Assembly: GCA_028289585.1 (NCBI GenBank)
Contig: JANQPI010000029.1
Location: forward strand, 12,169 to 76,168
Source of the DNA: Candidatus Zixiibacteriota bacterium
GTDB lineage: Bacteria; Zixibacteria; MSB-5A5; GN15; FEB-12
DNA length: 64,000 nt
Direction: 5' to 3'
The notes under the pieces are model-generated. The model was not told the origin of the DNA, made no database searches, and saw only the letters and a list, made by a program, of their open reading frames with translations. Each line of letters begins with the position of its first letter. Position 1 is the stretch's first letter. This document shows, one piece after another, positions 7,639 through 17,437 of this stretch. The position numbers and the translations under genes were made by a program.

Positions 7639-8525
7639 CGGTCGACATGCTGACCGGCCATGACCGCCTCGCGACCACCCGCGACCTGACCGATCGTTTG
7701 CTTGATCGGTACCTTCCATCAGAGTCGACCGAGCCGACCACCCTCCATGCTGCGATGCGCTATTCGGTCATGGCGGGGGGGAAGCGCCTTCGGCCAATGC
7801 TTGCTCTCGCCGCCTATGAATACTGCGACGGCTCCATGGAGCACGCCGATCGGACGATCTACCCGGCGATGGCGGCGCTCGAGATGGTCCACACGTTTTC
7901 CCTGATCCACGACGACCTCCCCTGCATGGACGACGACGACCTCCGTCGCGGCCGCCCGACCTGCCACAAGCAGTTCGGCGAGGCGATCGCCGTTCTCGCC
8001 GGCGATGCTCTCCAGGTGTTGGCGTTTCGGCTCATGGCGTCAACCGGCTCACCCGCTGCGGTGACCGAACTCGCCGACGCGATCGGTTCCGACGGCATGC
8101 TGGGCGGCCAGGTCGGCGATCTCGAAGCTGAGGGGCGGGTTGAATCGCTGACCAGAGCCGATATTGAGCAGATTCACCGCCGCAAGACCGGGGCGCTGAT
8201 CCGGTCGTCGGTGCGCATTGGTGCGATCCTTGCCAAGGCGCCCGAATCACAAGTTTCGGCCCTGACCCGGTACGGTGAAAACGTTGGCCTGGCCTTCCAG
8301 ATCGTTGATGATGTCCTTGATATCGAGGGTGACGAACAACGGTTGGGAAAGATTGTTGGATCTGATAGTAAAAATGCGAAGGCAACCTACCCCGGTGTTG
8401 TCGGGATGGCTGCCGCGAAAGAGGATGCCCACCGGCTGATCACGGATGCGTTGGCGGTCTTTGGGCCGCAGGACGACAACCAGTTGATCTGGCTGGCTAA
8501 CTTTATCGCCCGACGGGAATCCTAA
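7635..8525 (+). CDS. ispA: Farnesyl/geranyl diphosphate synthase
   Basis: GGKRLRP, HTFSLIHDDLPCMDDDDLRRG, KTGAL and FQIVDDVLD motifs. Confidence 0.95.
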   Translation: MTVDMLTGHDRLATTRDLTDRLLDRYLPSESTEPTTLHAAMRYSVMAGGKRLRPMLALAAYEYCDGSMEHADRTIYPAMAALEMVHTFSLIHDDLPCMDDDDLRRGRPTCHKQFGEAIAVLAGDALQVLAFRLMASTGSPAAVTELADAIGSDGMLGGQVGDLEAEGRVESLTRADIEQIHRRKTGALIRSSVRIGAILAKAPESQVSALTRYGENVGLAFQIVDDVLDIEGDEQRLGKIVGSDSKNAKATYPGVVGMAAAKEDAHRLITDALAVFGPQDDNQLIWLANFIARRES

Positions 8526-8527
8526 CG

Positions 8528-10495
8528 ATGACCGATACCGCCAAGAAACTGCTACCGTCGATTAACAGCCCCGCTGATCTCAAATCGCTCACCGATGACG
8601 AACTCGTCCAGCTGGCAAGCGAAGTCCGCGAACAGATTGTCGGTGCCGTTTGTGAAACGGGCGGCCACCTGGCGAGCAACCTCGGGACAGTCGAGCTGGC
8701 GATCGCGCTGCACCGCGTTTTCGACACGCCAACGGATAAGATCGTCTGGGATGTCGGGCATCAGGCCTACCCGCACAAAGTGCTGACCGGCCGTCGCGAC
8801 GAAATGGCGGGCATCCGTCAGTATGGCGGTATTGCTGGCTACTGCAAACGCACCGAATCGGAATATGATACGTTCGGTGCGGGTCACGCCTCGACGTCGA
8901 TTTCAGCAGCACTTGGGTTTGCTACCGCCCGCGATCTGCAAGGCGAAGACCACAAAGTGGTTGCGGTTATCGGCGACGGTTCGATGACGGGCGGTCTCGC
9001 CTTTGAGGCGATGAACAATACCGGTACGATCGACACCGACATGCTCGTTATCCTCAACGATAACACCTGGTCGATTTCCAAGAACGTCGGGTCGATCTCG
9101 ACCTACCTCTCCAGCATCTTCGCCGACGAAAAACTCGTCAAACTGCGCGGGGAAATCTGGGAGTTCCTCGGCAAAGTCAAAGTGGGTGACTCGCTGCGCG
9201 ACCTTGCAGGACGTGTCGAAGACTCGATCAAAGGCTTGCTGACCCCCGGTATGCTCTTCGAAAAGCTCGGTTTCCAGTACTTCGGTCCAATGGACGGTCA
9301 CGACCTGCCGCAGCTTGTGAAGATGCTGACGGATTTAAAGCACGCGTCCGGCCCGGTCATGCTGCACATCGGTACGGTTAAAGGGAAGGGCTACGAGCCG
9401 GCCGAGCATGATGCGTTCAAATATCATGGTGTGTCACAATTTGACAAGGTTACCGGCGTCATGGCCACAGGCTCATCCGGCAACCCGGCATATACGAAGA
9501 TTTTCGGACAGGCCATGGTTGAGCTTGGTCGCAAGCATGATGACATCGTGGCGATTACGGCCGCGATGGCCGCTGGCACCGGACTCGTCGAGTTCGGCGA
9601 GCAATTTCCCGATCGGTTCTTCGACGTTGGTATCGCCGAGGCGCACGGCGCCTGTTTCGGTGCCGGGCTCGCGTGTAATGGCATCAAACCGTATGTGACA
9701 ATCTACTCGACATTTCTGCAGCGTGCGTACGATCAGGTTATTCATGACATGGCGATCCAGAATCTTCCGGTCGTCATCTGCATGGACCGTGCCGGTGTGG
9801 TCGGTAACGACGGACCAACGCACCACGGCGTGTTCGATATTGCCTATCTTTCAACGGTTCCCAATCTGACGCTGGCAGCCCCTAAGGATGGCAACGAACT
9901 GCGCGCGATGCTCAACTGGACGGCGACCAACGATATCGACGGCATCGTCGCCTTGCGCTACCCTCGGGATACATCACCGACTCCCGTTGACAGCACGTTT
10001 CACCCGATCCAGTGGGGAACATGGGAGCGGATGACCGATCCGGCTCGAACAACGATCCTCGCCACCGGCGCCTTGGTGACTCATGCTCTGCACGCGGCCG
10101 AACGGTTAGCTGCAACCGGAGAGCCGGTCGCGGTAGTCAATGCGCGGTTCCTGAAGCCGTTCGATTTCGAAATGCTCGATGACGTTCTGCGCGAATCGCG
10201 AGCGATTGTGACGATCGAGGAAGGACAAATTCGGGGTGGCTTTGGTCAGGCTATCGCTGCCTATGCAATGCAGCATGGCTACTCAGGACGACTGAAGACG
10301 CTTGGCATTTCCGACCAATTCGTAACCCACGGTACTCGCGGCGAACTGCTGGCCGAGTTGAAGTTGGATGCAGACGGTATCGTTGAGCAAATCGGTACGT
10401 TTCTCCACGCCAACGGCTCGGTGCGCGAGAGCGGCTGGCTGGAACGCCTTCGCCATCGCGGCCGCTCCCTGACGTTTAAGTCGGATTCGGCGTAG
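8528..10495 (+). CDS. dxs: 1-deoxy-D-xylulose-5-phosphate synthase
   Basis: GGHLASNLG, WDVGHQAYPHK, GDGSMTGG...LNDN, DVGIAEAH and DGPTHHG. Confidence 0.97.
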   Translation: MTDTAKKLLPSINSPADLKSLTDDELVQLASEVREQIVGAVCETGGHLASNLGTVELAIALHRVFDTPTDKIVWDVGHQAYPHKVLTGRRDEMAGIRQYGGIAGYCKRTESEYDTFGAGHASTSISAALGFATARDLQGEDHKVVAVIGDGSMTGGLAFEAMNNTGTIDTDMLVILNDNTWSISKNVGSISTYLSSIFADEKLVKLRGEIWEFLGKVKVGDSLRDLAGRVEDSIKGLLTPGMLFEKLGFQYFGPMDGHDLPQLVKMLTDLKHASGPVMLHIGTVKGKGYEPAEHDAFKYHGVSQFDKVTGVMATGSSGNPAYTKIFGQAMVELGRKHDDIVAITAAMAAGTGLVEFGEQFPDRFFDVGIAEAHGACFGAGLACNGIKPYVTIYSTFLQRAYDQVIHDMAIQNLPVVICMDRAGVVGNDGPTHHGVFDIAYLSTVPNLTLAAPKDGNELRAMLNWTATNDIDGIVALRYPRDTSPTPVDSTFHPIQWGTWERMTDPARTTILATGALVTHALHAAERLAATGEPVAVVNARFLKPFDFEMLDDVLRESRAIVTIEEGQIRGGFGQAIAAYAMQHGYSGRLKTLGISDQFVTHGTRGELLAELKLDADGIVEQIGTFLHANGSVRESGWLERLRHRGRSLTFKSDSA

Positions 10496-10523
10496 CCCGA
10501 CTTCGACTACGTGTCGTCACATC

Positions 10524-11387
10524 ATGCGCTTTGGTCTGACTGCAAATCTGAAACGGCCCGATGCTCAGGCTGCCGTTTCTCAGTGTCTCGAATGGGCAAT
10601 CGAACACGAGCACACGCTGGTTCTGGCCGACAACCTTTCGGATCTCTGTCCGGACTCCTACTCCTGTCGACCACTGGCCGACCTCGCGCCCGATGTCGAT
10701 ATGCTCATAACACTCGGTGGCGATGGTACCCTGCTTGCCTCGGCGCGAGCAGTCGGGGGCTCGGGCACGCCGATGTTTGGTGTCAATCTTGGTTCCCTCG
10801 GATTCCTCACGCAAACGCCCTCGAGCGGACTACGGGCTGCTCTTGATCGGTTGGCGGCCGGAAGCTACGCCATCGAATCAAGGATGCTCCTGACCGCACG
10901 GCTATCCGGTAATGGTGAGCTTGAGTCAGCGCTGGCCCTCAATGACGTCGTTGTCAATCATGGTGAACTCAATCGCGTGATCTCGGTAACGCTCTCCGTG
11001 AATGACGAAGAGATTGTGACCGTTACCTGCGACGGGCTGATCGTCGCAACGCCAACGGGATCAACCGCCTATTCCATGGCTGTTGGCGGTCCGATTGTGA
11101 AGCCGACGATGGCGGCGATGCTTGTCGCTCCGATTTCACCGTTCGCTTTGTCGATGCGACCGATGCTCTTCGGAGCCGATGACCAGTTAAGCGTGCGCAT
11201 GAACTCGCCTGACCGTGTCGCTTCACTGACGCTCGATGGTCAGGTATCGGCACCGATGGAACCGGGTGATACCGTAACGGTAGCCCCGGCCGAACAGGCG
11301 GCCCGCTTTGTTGTTTTTCCCGAGGTATCATTCTACGGCGTACTCACAAAAAAACTCGGCTGGGGCAACTCTCCCCGCGGAGAATAG
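10524..11387 (+). CDS. nadK: NAD(+) kinase
   Basis: GGDGT, GVNLGSLGF, LND and DGLIVATPTGSTAYS motifs. Confidence 0.95.
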   Translation: MRFGLTANLKRPDAQAAVSQCLEWAIEHEHTLVLADNLSDLCPDSYSCRPLADLAPDVDMLITLGGDGTLLASARAVGGSGTPMFGVNLGSLGFLTQTPSSGLRAALDRLAAGSYAIESRMLLTARLSGNGELESALALNDVVVNHGELNRVISVTLSVNDEEIVTVTCDGLIVATPTGSTAYSMAVGGPIVKPTMAAMLVAPISPFALSMRPMLFGADDQLSVRMNSPDRVASLTLDGQVSAPMEPGDTVTVAPAEQAARFVVFPEVSFYGVLTKKLGWGNSPRGE

Positions 11388-11427
11388 CCGTCCAGCCGAG
11401 TGTGGCTTCGTACGCTGAGCGTTGGCG

Positions 11428-12255
11428 TTAGGCTGCCGGAACCTGGTGCATATGAACATCCTGCTGCGGGAACGGAATCGAAATCCCCTCCGCATCGAAG
11501 GTCAACTTCACCTTCTCCTGCATGTCAAGGTAGACACCCCAGTAATCGGCGGTGTTGACCCACGGTCGGACCGCAAAGTTCACCGATGAGTCGGCCAGTT
11601 CCAGAACCGCGACCTGCGGAGCCGGATCTTTCAGTATTCGCGTATCCTCGGCCAGCAGTCGCTCAAGAATCTGCTTCGCCTTCTTGATATCATCGCCGTA
11701 GCCGATACCAAAGACCATGTCAACGCGACGGGTGTCTTTCGCGGAGTAGTTGATGATCGTCCCGGAGAAGATCGCCCCGTTGGGTACGATGACTTCCTTA
11801 TTGTCCGGCGTCTTAAAGCGAGAACTGAAGATCGAGATCTCTTCAACGGATCCAGCCGTGCCTCCGGCCTCGACATAGTCGCCCGCCTTGAAGGGGCGGA
11901 AAATGATCAGCATGACGCCGGCGGCAAAGTTTCCGAGTGAACCCTGCAGGGCGAAGCCGATCGCCAAACCAAGGGCACCAAGCACGGCCACGAACGACGT
12001 TGTTTCGATACCGAGCGTGCCGACGGCGGCGATAATAACCATCGCCATCAAGAGGCCGCGCATCAGACCAAGAAGAAACTTGCTTAACGTCGCGTCGGTG
12101 TTCGATCGATTCATTACTCGACGCGTAATGCCGATCAGTATTCCGACCACGAACCGTCCGATAATCAGAACGAGTAGTGCGCCAAGAATCTTGAGGCCGT
12201 AGAGTGCGGCAAGTTCCTGCACGCGGGCCCAAATCTCATGCCAGTTTAAATCCAT
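11428..12255 (-). CDS. mscS: Small-conductance mechanosensitive channel
   Basis: Three N-terminal TM segments, GFALQGSLGNFAAG, PFKAGDYV, IINYS and GISIPFPQ. Confidence 0.93.
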   Translation of the reverse strand: MDLNWHEIWARVQELAALYGLKILGALLVLIIGRFVVGILIGITRRVMNRSNTDATLSKFLLGLMRGLLMAMVIIAAVGTLGIETTSFVAVLGALGLAIGFALQGSLGNFAAGVMLIIFRPFKAGDYVEAGGTAGSVEEISIFSSRFKTPDNKEVIVPNGAIFSGTIINYSAKDTRRVDMVFGIGYGDDIKKAKQILERLLAEDTRILKDPAPQVAVLELADSSVNFAVRPWVNTADYWGVYLDMQEKVKLTFDAEGISIPFPQQDVHMHQVPAA

Positions 12256-12300
12256 ACCTATGTCTCCATGTTTGTGGGGATTGTCATCGTCGCGTCTTGG

Positions 12301-13215
12301 TTACAGAGTAACGGCAATACCCAGACCAAGGGTCTGTTTGATCTGCACTCGAGCATCTTGTTCGCGATCGAAAATGAACTGCAGGTAGAAGCTCGTCTGG
12401 ATAATGCTTGTCACCTGTGCGGTCAGGATGTGCTCCGAGTTCACGTCAATCTGTTTCCAATTGTCGTCCGGATCACTGTCCGATTCTGAGAAGAAGAGAG
12501 CCCGGAAGAGTGTCAGCTTCGAAGTGTACTTCAGTCGTTCATTGATCTGGGCGAGGAAGTCGGTGACTGACTCAATACCACCATCGTTGCTCGATTCCCA
12601 CGACGACGCTCCGGAATACGTCGTGTCGTCACCGGTTATTGCTGCGATTTCGGGTACGTCCACGAGTCGCTGGCGAATGGCGAAACCGAGACGACTGGTC
12701 AGCTCCAGTTTGTCTTTCTGCTTAATGAAATGACGCAGAATACCACCCGACTCCGTTATCACTGTGGGTGAGAAGTATCGACGTAACCCTTCAATGGACT
12801 CGTCAGTGAAGCGCGACTCAATTCGCAGAGCCAGATACGGGTCAACGAATCCGTGCAGATCGAAATCAAGAACGGATTCAATGTCGATCAGATCGGTCGA
12901 TTTCTGTGGCTTATCCCAACTCGACGTACCGTCGTCGCGACGGACCTCACGATACGTCTGTCCGAAGTTGATTTTGAACGTGTTATTCCAGCCGATCACT
13001 TCGGACAGCTGGCGGTCAAGCGACGTGTTGGAGTTGAACGTCCAGCTGAACGATCCGACCTCACCACCCTGCCAGCTGTCCGAGTAGGCAGCCTGGGTGA
13101 GAGAAAGGGAGAGGTTCGAGGAAAGCTGCCAGCCACGAGCGGTTGTGTCGGCATCGTCGGCGAGTGCGGCAGCCGACGCCATTACAAGCAGCGCGGCACA
13201 TATGGTTATACGCAT
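12301..13215 (-). CDS. DUF3078-like outer-membrane beta-barrel protein
   Basis: Start at 13215 after AAGGAG. Signal peptide, W.LS...SL.LTQ.AYSD.W.GG, KSTDLIDIES and a C-terminal QTLGLGIAVTL strand. Confidence 0.72.
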   Translation of the reverse strand: MRITICAALLVMASAAALADDADTTARGWQLSSNLSLSLTQAAYSDSWQGGEVGSFSWTFNSNTSLDRQLSEVIGWNNTFKINFGQTYREVRRDDGTSSWDKPQKSTDLIDIESVLDFDLHGFVDPYLALRIESRFTDESIEGLRRYFSPTVITESGGILRHFIKQKDKLELTSRLGFAIRQRLVDVPEIAAITGDDTTYSGASSWESSNDGGIESVTDFLAQINERLKYTSKLTLFRALFFSESDSDPDDNWKQIDVNSEHILTAQVTSIIQTSFYLQFIFDREQDARVQIKQTLGLGIAVTL

Positions 13216-13383
13216 CGGGGGAATACACTCCTTGTTCCGGGTTACACCTTGTGGTACAACGACTCCGTTCGGCCGCAATGTCGGATTGTGCTGGGGCGTT
13301 GACAAGCAGTGAATTACCGCGGCACGTTCATCGATCCGAGACAATTTTCTTGCCGTCTCCGGTTGAACCGACTACTCACTGGC

Positions 13384-14292
13384 ATGTATCTGCGCCTCCT
13401 ACTCCTCGCTGCGGTCTGCATTTGGGGGTGGACGTTCGTTGCCAACAAAATCTGTCTCGACTACCTGACACCGGTAGAATTGATCGGGTTCCGGTTTGCC
13501 ATCGGCATCCCGTTGATGGCAGCTACGATTCCGTTCAGCCGTCAGCCACTCGGACTGCAGCGATCCGATCTCATGCCAATCTTCCTGGGTGGACTGGTCC
13601 TCGCCGCACACTTCATCATCCAAGTCATCGGGATGACAACCACGACCGCGACCAACACCGGGTGGCTGATCGCAGCGACACCGCTGGCCATCATGCTTCT
13701 CGGCTGGTTATTCCTCAAAGAACGGATCGGTAGTGCACAACTCACAGGAAGTGCTCTGGCGATTGTAGGAGTGGTCCTCCTTGTTTCTCGCGGCGACCTG
13801 GCATCTATCGATTGGTTGAGTTCAACCGGTGACTGGCTGGTTCTAACGACGGCATTCACTTGGGCGGTCTACACCATCGTCGTGCGCCGAATCGTGGCCG
13901 ACCGTCGTCCGGTCGTCGTGACCGTGGCTGTTTTCATCCCGGTCTTGATCGTCTGCTTCGCGTGGATCATCCCAACTACCGATTGGTCGACCGTCTTCAT
14001 TATGCCCTGGGAAAGCTGGGTGGCGCTGCTTTTTCTAGCGATCCCGGGAACGTTTGCTCAATGGATTTGGCAATATGCGGTCCGACACCTGGGCGCGAGC
14101 AACACGGGCTACTGGATCTATCTGGAACCGGTTGCGACAATGCTGCTCGCCGTCCCGCTCCTGGGTGAGGAGTTCAGTCTATTAGTGGTGGTCGGAGGAG
14201 GGTTGGTTATTCTCGGTGTTTACCTGGCCCAGCGGAAACTCAAGAATGGTAGCGATTCTGAGGTAAGCGTACCCTCACGTTCCTCTGAGTGA
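13384..14292 (+). CDS. DMT/EamA family transporter
   Basis: About ten hydrophobic helices in two EamA repeats (IWGWTF, FRFAIG, LEPVAT..L.VPLLGE). Likely ATG at 13384. Confidence 0.9.
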   Translation: MYLRLLLLAAVCIWGWTFVANKICLDYLTPVELIGFRFAIGIPLMAATIPFSRQPLGLQRSDLMPIFLGGLVLAAHFIIQVIGMTTTTATNTGWLIAATPLAIMLLGWLFLKERIGSAQLTGSALAIVGVVLLVSRGDLASIDWLSSTGDWLVLTTAFTWAVYTIVVRRIVADRRPVVVTVAVFIPVLIVCFAWIIPTTDWSTVFIMPWESWVALLFLAIPGTFAQWIWQYAVRHLGASNTGYWIYLEPVATMLLAVPLLGEEFSLLVVVGGGLVILGVYLAQRKLKNGSDSEVSVPSRSSE

Positions 14293-14720
14293 CCACTCTC
14301 GCTCGATCTCGCCGCTGGACAATTCGAACGGCCCTGTCACTCCTCCATACGCCATATGTTTGGGGTGGCGATGATCCTGCCGGCTTCGATTGCTCCGGAT
14401 TCGTCATCTATTGTCTCCAGGCCGGAGGGTGTCTTCCCACTGACTACGACACGACTGCGGATGGATTGTATCGGCGGTTTTACTCGTGCAGCGTTACAGT
14501 TGCACGCACCGGGTGCCTGATCTTCCGGTTTGGCTCTGATGGCCGTGCCCGGCATGTTGATCTCGTACTCGACAGTGAGTTCGCCATTGGCGCCCGCGGT
14601 GGCAACCGTGCTATCACCACTGAGCGTCAGGCACTTGCGGTCAATGCGAGTGTCTGCATTCGTCCCCTCCCCTCCGATCTTGACCGCTATCGACTCGTTG
14701 ACCCCTTCCAAACCGTGTGA
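14289..14720 (+). CDS. Single-domain NlpC/P60 peptidase without a signal peptide
   Basis: PYVWGG..GFDCSGFV catalytic Cys motif and downstream HVDL. The start overlaps the DMT stop (GTGA). Confidence 0.8.
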   Translation: MTTLARSRRWTIRTALSLLHTPYVWGGDDPAGFDCSGFVIYCLQAGGCLPTDYDTTADGLYRRFYSCSVTVARTGCLIFRFGSDGRARHVDLVLDSEFAIGARGGNRAITTERQALAVNASVCIRPLPSDLDRYRLVDPFQTV

Positions 14721-14925
14721 TTGAAACGCCAGCAACAAGCAAGCCGCCTGCTGCGCTGCAGACGGCCTGTTCTGGTAACGGGTACCAGAGGGACAAGGAG
14801 TCCTTGAGACGATGACGGCTACCCGGAATTCCCCTTTTCTTGGGTGTACAGCGGGCGGCACAAGCGTGTGTGAGAGTGACGTCGTATCGTCGCGTGATGT
14901 GCAGAGGAATTGTGCGTCGGAGGTA

Positions 14926-15426
14926 CTAGTCTCGTGCCCGCAGGGCACGAATGATCTCGCCGGGCGACTGGGCTGCGAAGAGATCATCGCGAAATGTCGC
15001 GTCATGGAAGTGCACAGAGAGCGCCTTGAATACCTGTAGGTACAGCTTGTCGTCGTAGGGGGGGGCTGCCATGAAGAAGAAGAGCTGGACCGGCTCATCG
15101 TCGGGAGCATCAAACTCATAGCCAGTGAAGGAGCGACAGAACCCCATGACAAACTCTTTGGCCTGCATCGAGCGGATATGCGGAATCGCAACTCCCCGCC
15201 CCAGGGCTGTCGTCGCCTTGCGCTCTCGGTTGATGTAGTCGGTCAGGAGTTTGGACGGATTGCCGATGCGCGCCCCGGCATCGAGAATGTCGACGATTTC
15301 CGCCAGGACGAGCTCTTTTGCCTCCTGGCGCCACTTCGTTTCCGAACCGGTCTCGTCCCAGGGCTCAACGGTGGTGGTCATCTCCAGGCGGATCAGATCT
15401 TCCGTGATGTAGCGGGCAAGATTCAC
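14926..15426 (-). CDS. PTS EIIA (fructose/Ntr type) domain protein
   Basis: RERKATTALGRGVAIPH (phospho-His), then PVQLFFFMAAP. Confidence 0.88.
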   Translation of the reverse strand: MNLARYITEDLIRLEMTTTVEPWDETGSETKWRQEAKELVLAEIVDILDAGARIGNPSKLLTDYINRERKATTALGRGVAIPHIRSMQAKEFVMGFCRSFTGYEFDAPDDEPVQLFFFMAAPPYDDKLYLQVFKALSVHFHDATFRDDLFAAQSPGEIIRALRARD

Positions 15427-15605
15427 GCCGCCAAGCTATCGGTCCTGACAATAGATCGCAAGCGTGACCGGATACGGCTGCTTGACACTTTCCCACCGGC
15501 CGCCTAGATTCGGCCCCAGCATGCGCGTCCGGTCGACAACGATTCTCAACTGACCTGCCGAATGGTCGATAAGTCTCAATACGACAAACGGTTAACGAGG
15601 TAGAT

Positions 15606-17432
15606 GTGCCGCCCTTTGGGGAACTGAAACGAACACATACCTGTGGCGAGTTACGCGCCGAGCATGACGGCCAAACGATCCGGCTCAACGGCTGGGTGCA
15701 GGCCTATCGCAATCTCGGCGGTCTGCTGTTTCTCGATCTGCGCGATCGCTACGGTGTAACCCAGGTGATGATCGACCCGCAGACGTTCGATCCGCAGATG
15801 CTCACCGATGCCGAGCGCGCCCGTTCCGAATGGGTCGTCGCGGTTATCGGAACGGTTCGTCGCCGTCCCGAGGGGACACACAATGAGCGTCTCGCTACCG
15901 GCGATGTTGAGGTTGTTGCTCAGGAGTTTCATGTCCTCAGCGAGGCCAAGACGCCACCGTTTGAGATTGAGGATCGCTGCAAGGCGAACGAGGCACTTCG
16001 ACTTGAGTATCGCTACCTTGATCTTCGTCGCCGACCGCTTCAGGAAGCGATCCGTCTTCGTCACGAGACAACGATGCTGGTCCGAAATCATCTTCATGAT
16101 GCCGGCTTCTACGAGATAGAGACACCACTACTCATGCGCTCGACGCCCGAGGGGGCGCGTGACTACGTTGTTCCGAGTCGTGTTAATCGCGGTAAGTTCT
16201 ATGCGTTGCCCCAATCGCCGCAACTGCTCAAGCAGATTCTCATGGTTTCCGGTTTCGACCGTTACTTCCAGCTCGCGCGGTGTCTCCGTGACGAAGACCT
16301 CCGCGCTGACCGCCAGCCAGAGCATACTCAGATCGACTTGGAGATGTCGTTCGCGACTCCCGAAGACGTGTGGACTGTTATCGAGGGGATGATTGCGCGG
16401 ATCTTTCGCGAATTGCTCGACGTCGAGCTCCCAGTACCGTTTCTGCGTCTCGACTACGCCGAGGCCATGAACCGCTACGGAATCGATAAGCCCGACCGGC
16501 GCTTCGGTATGGAGATCGTTGATCTCTCGGACCTGGTTACCAACTGCGAGTTTGCCGTCTTTGCCGATACCGTTGGCGGTGGCGGCGTCGTTAAGGGAAT
16601 CGTTGTTCCGGGGGCAGCAAGCTACTCACGAAAGCAGATTGACGAGCTAACTACGCTCAGCAAAGATTTCGGTGCCCGTGGGCTTGCCTATATACTGCGC
16701 GGGGAGACGATTAAATCACCTATTGCCAAGTTCCTTGGCGATGATCTTGTCCGTCAGTTCCTCGATCGGGCGGCGGTTCCGGAAGGGGCTGGCCTCTTCA
16801 TCGTTGCCGACAAGTCTTGGAATTGTGAGAGCACCCTTGGCCAGCTGCGCCTTCACTTCGGTCGCGAACTATCGTTGATTGATACGAATCGGCATGAATG
16901 TTTGTGGGTGACAAGCTTCCCTCTCCTTGACTACGATGGCGAAAGTGGAACCTGGCAGGCGATGCATAACATCGTGTCCCATCCCTACTATGAGGATTTG
17001 TCTTTGTTAGATGACGGTCAATCGACCGATATTCCGCCAACCGACGCAAATCATCCCTGGCGTCAGATTCGTGCGCTTCAGTACGACCTGGTCATCAATG
17101 GGTCCGAGATCGGCTCTGGTGGTCAACGCATCAATCGACGAGAGCTTCAGGAGAAGGTTCTCGCGATTCTTGGCATCGGTTCGGACCGCGCTGATCGCAT
17201 GTTTGGGTTCCTTCTGCGGGCGCTTGAGTACGGTGCCCCGCCCCACGCTGGCATTGCTCTCGGACTCGATCGTCTGGTGACGATCCTCGCTGGTGCCGAA
17301 TCGATTCGCGATGTTATCGCGTTTCCCAAGACTGCGCAGGCGACCTCACTGATGGACAACGCCCCGTCCGAACTCGAATCGAACCAACTCGATGAACTCG
17401 GGTTACGAGTCACCATCGACGAGTCGTCGTAG
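15606..17432 (+). CDS. aspS: Aspartate-tRNA ligase
   Basis: KRTHTCGELR, FLDLRDRYG, TPEGARDY, LPQSPQ, RDEDLRADRQPE and PPHAGIALGLDR. Confidence 0.97.
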   Translation: MPPFGELKRTHTCGELRAEHDGQTIRLNGWVQAYRNLGGLLFLDLRDRYGVTQVMIDPQTFDPQMLTDAERARSEWVVAVIGTVRRRPEGTHNERLATGDVEVVAQEFHVLSEAKTPPFEIEDRCKANEALRLEYRYLDLRRRPLQEAIRLRHETTMLVRNHLHDAGFYEIETPLLMRSTPEGARDYVVPSRVNRGKFYALPQSPQLLKQILMVSGFDRYFQLARCLRDEDLRADRQPEHTQIDLEMSFATPEDVWTVIEGMIARIFRELLDVELPVPFLRLDYAEAMNRYGIDKPDRRFGMEIVDLSDLVTNCEFAVFADTVGGGGVVKGIVVPGAASYSRKQIDELTTLSKDFGARGLAYILRGETIKSPIAKFLGDDLVRQFLDRAAVPEGAGLFIVADKSWNCESTLGQLRLHFGRELSLIDTNRHECLWVTSFPLLDYDGESGTWQAMHNIVSHPYYEDLSLLDDGQSTDIPPTDANHPWRQIRALQYDLVINGSEIGSGGQRINRRELQEKVLAILGIGSDRADRMFGFLLRALEYGAPPHAGIALGLDRLVTILAGAESIRDVIAFPKTAQATSLMDNAPSELESNQLDELGLRVTIDESS

Positions 17433-17437
17433 CAGCT

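Noticed and set aside
14721-14925. 205-bp gap between convergent genes as a possible sRNA
   Set aside because: No convincing promoter, stem-loop or terminator was recognised.
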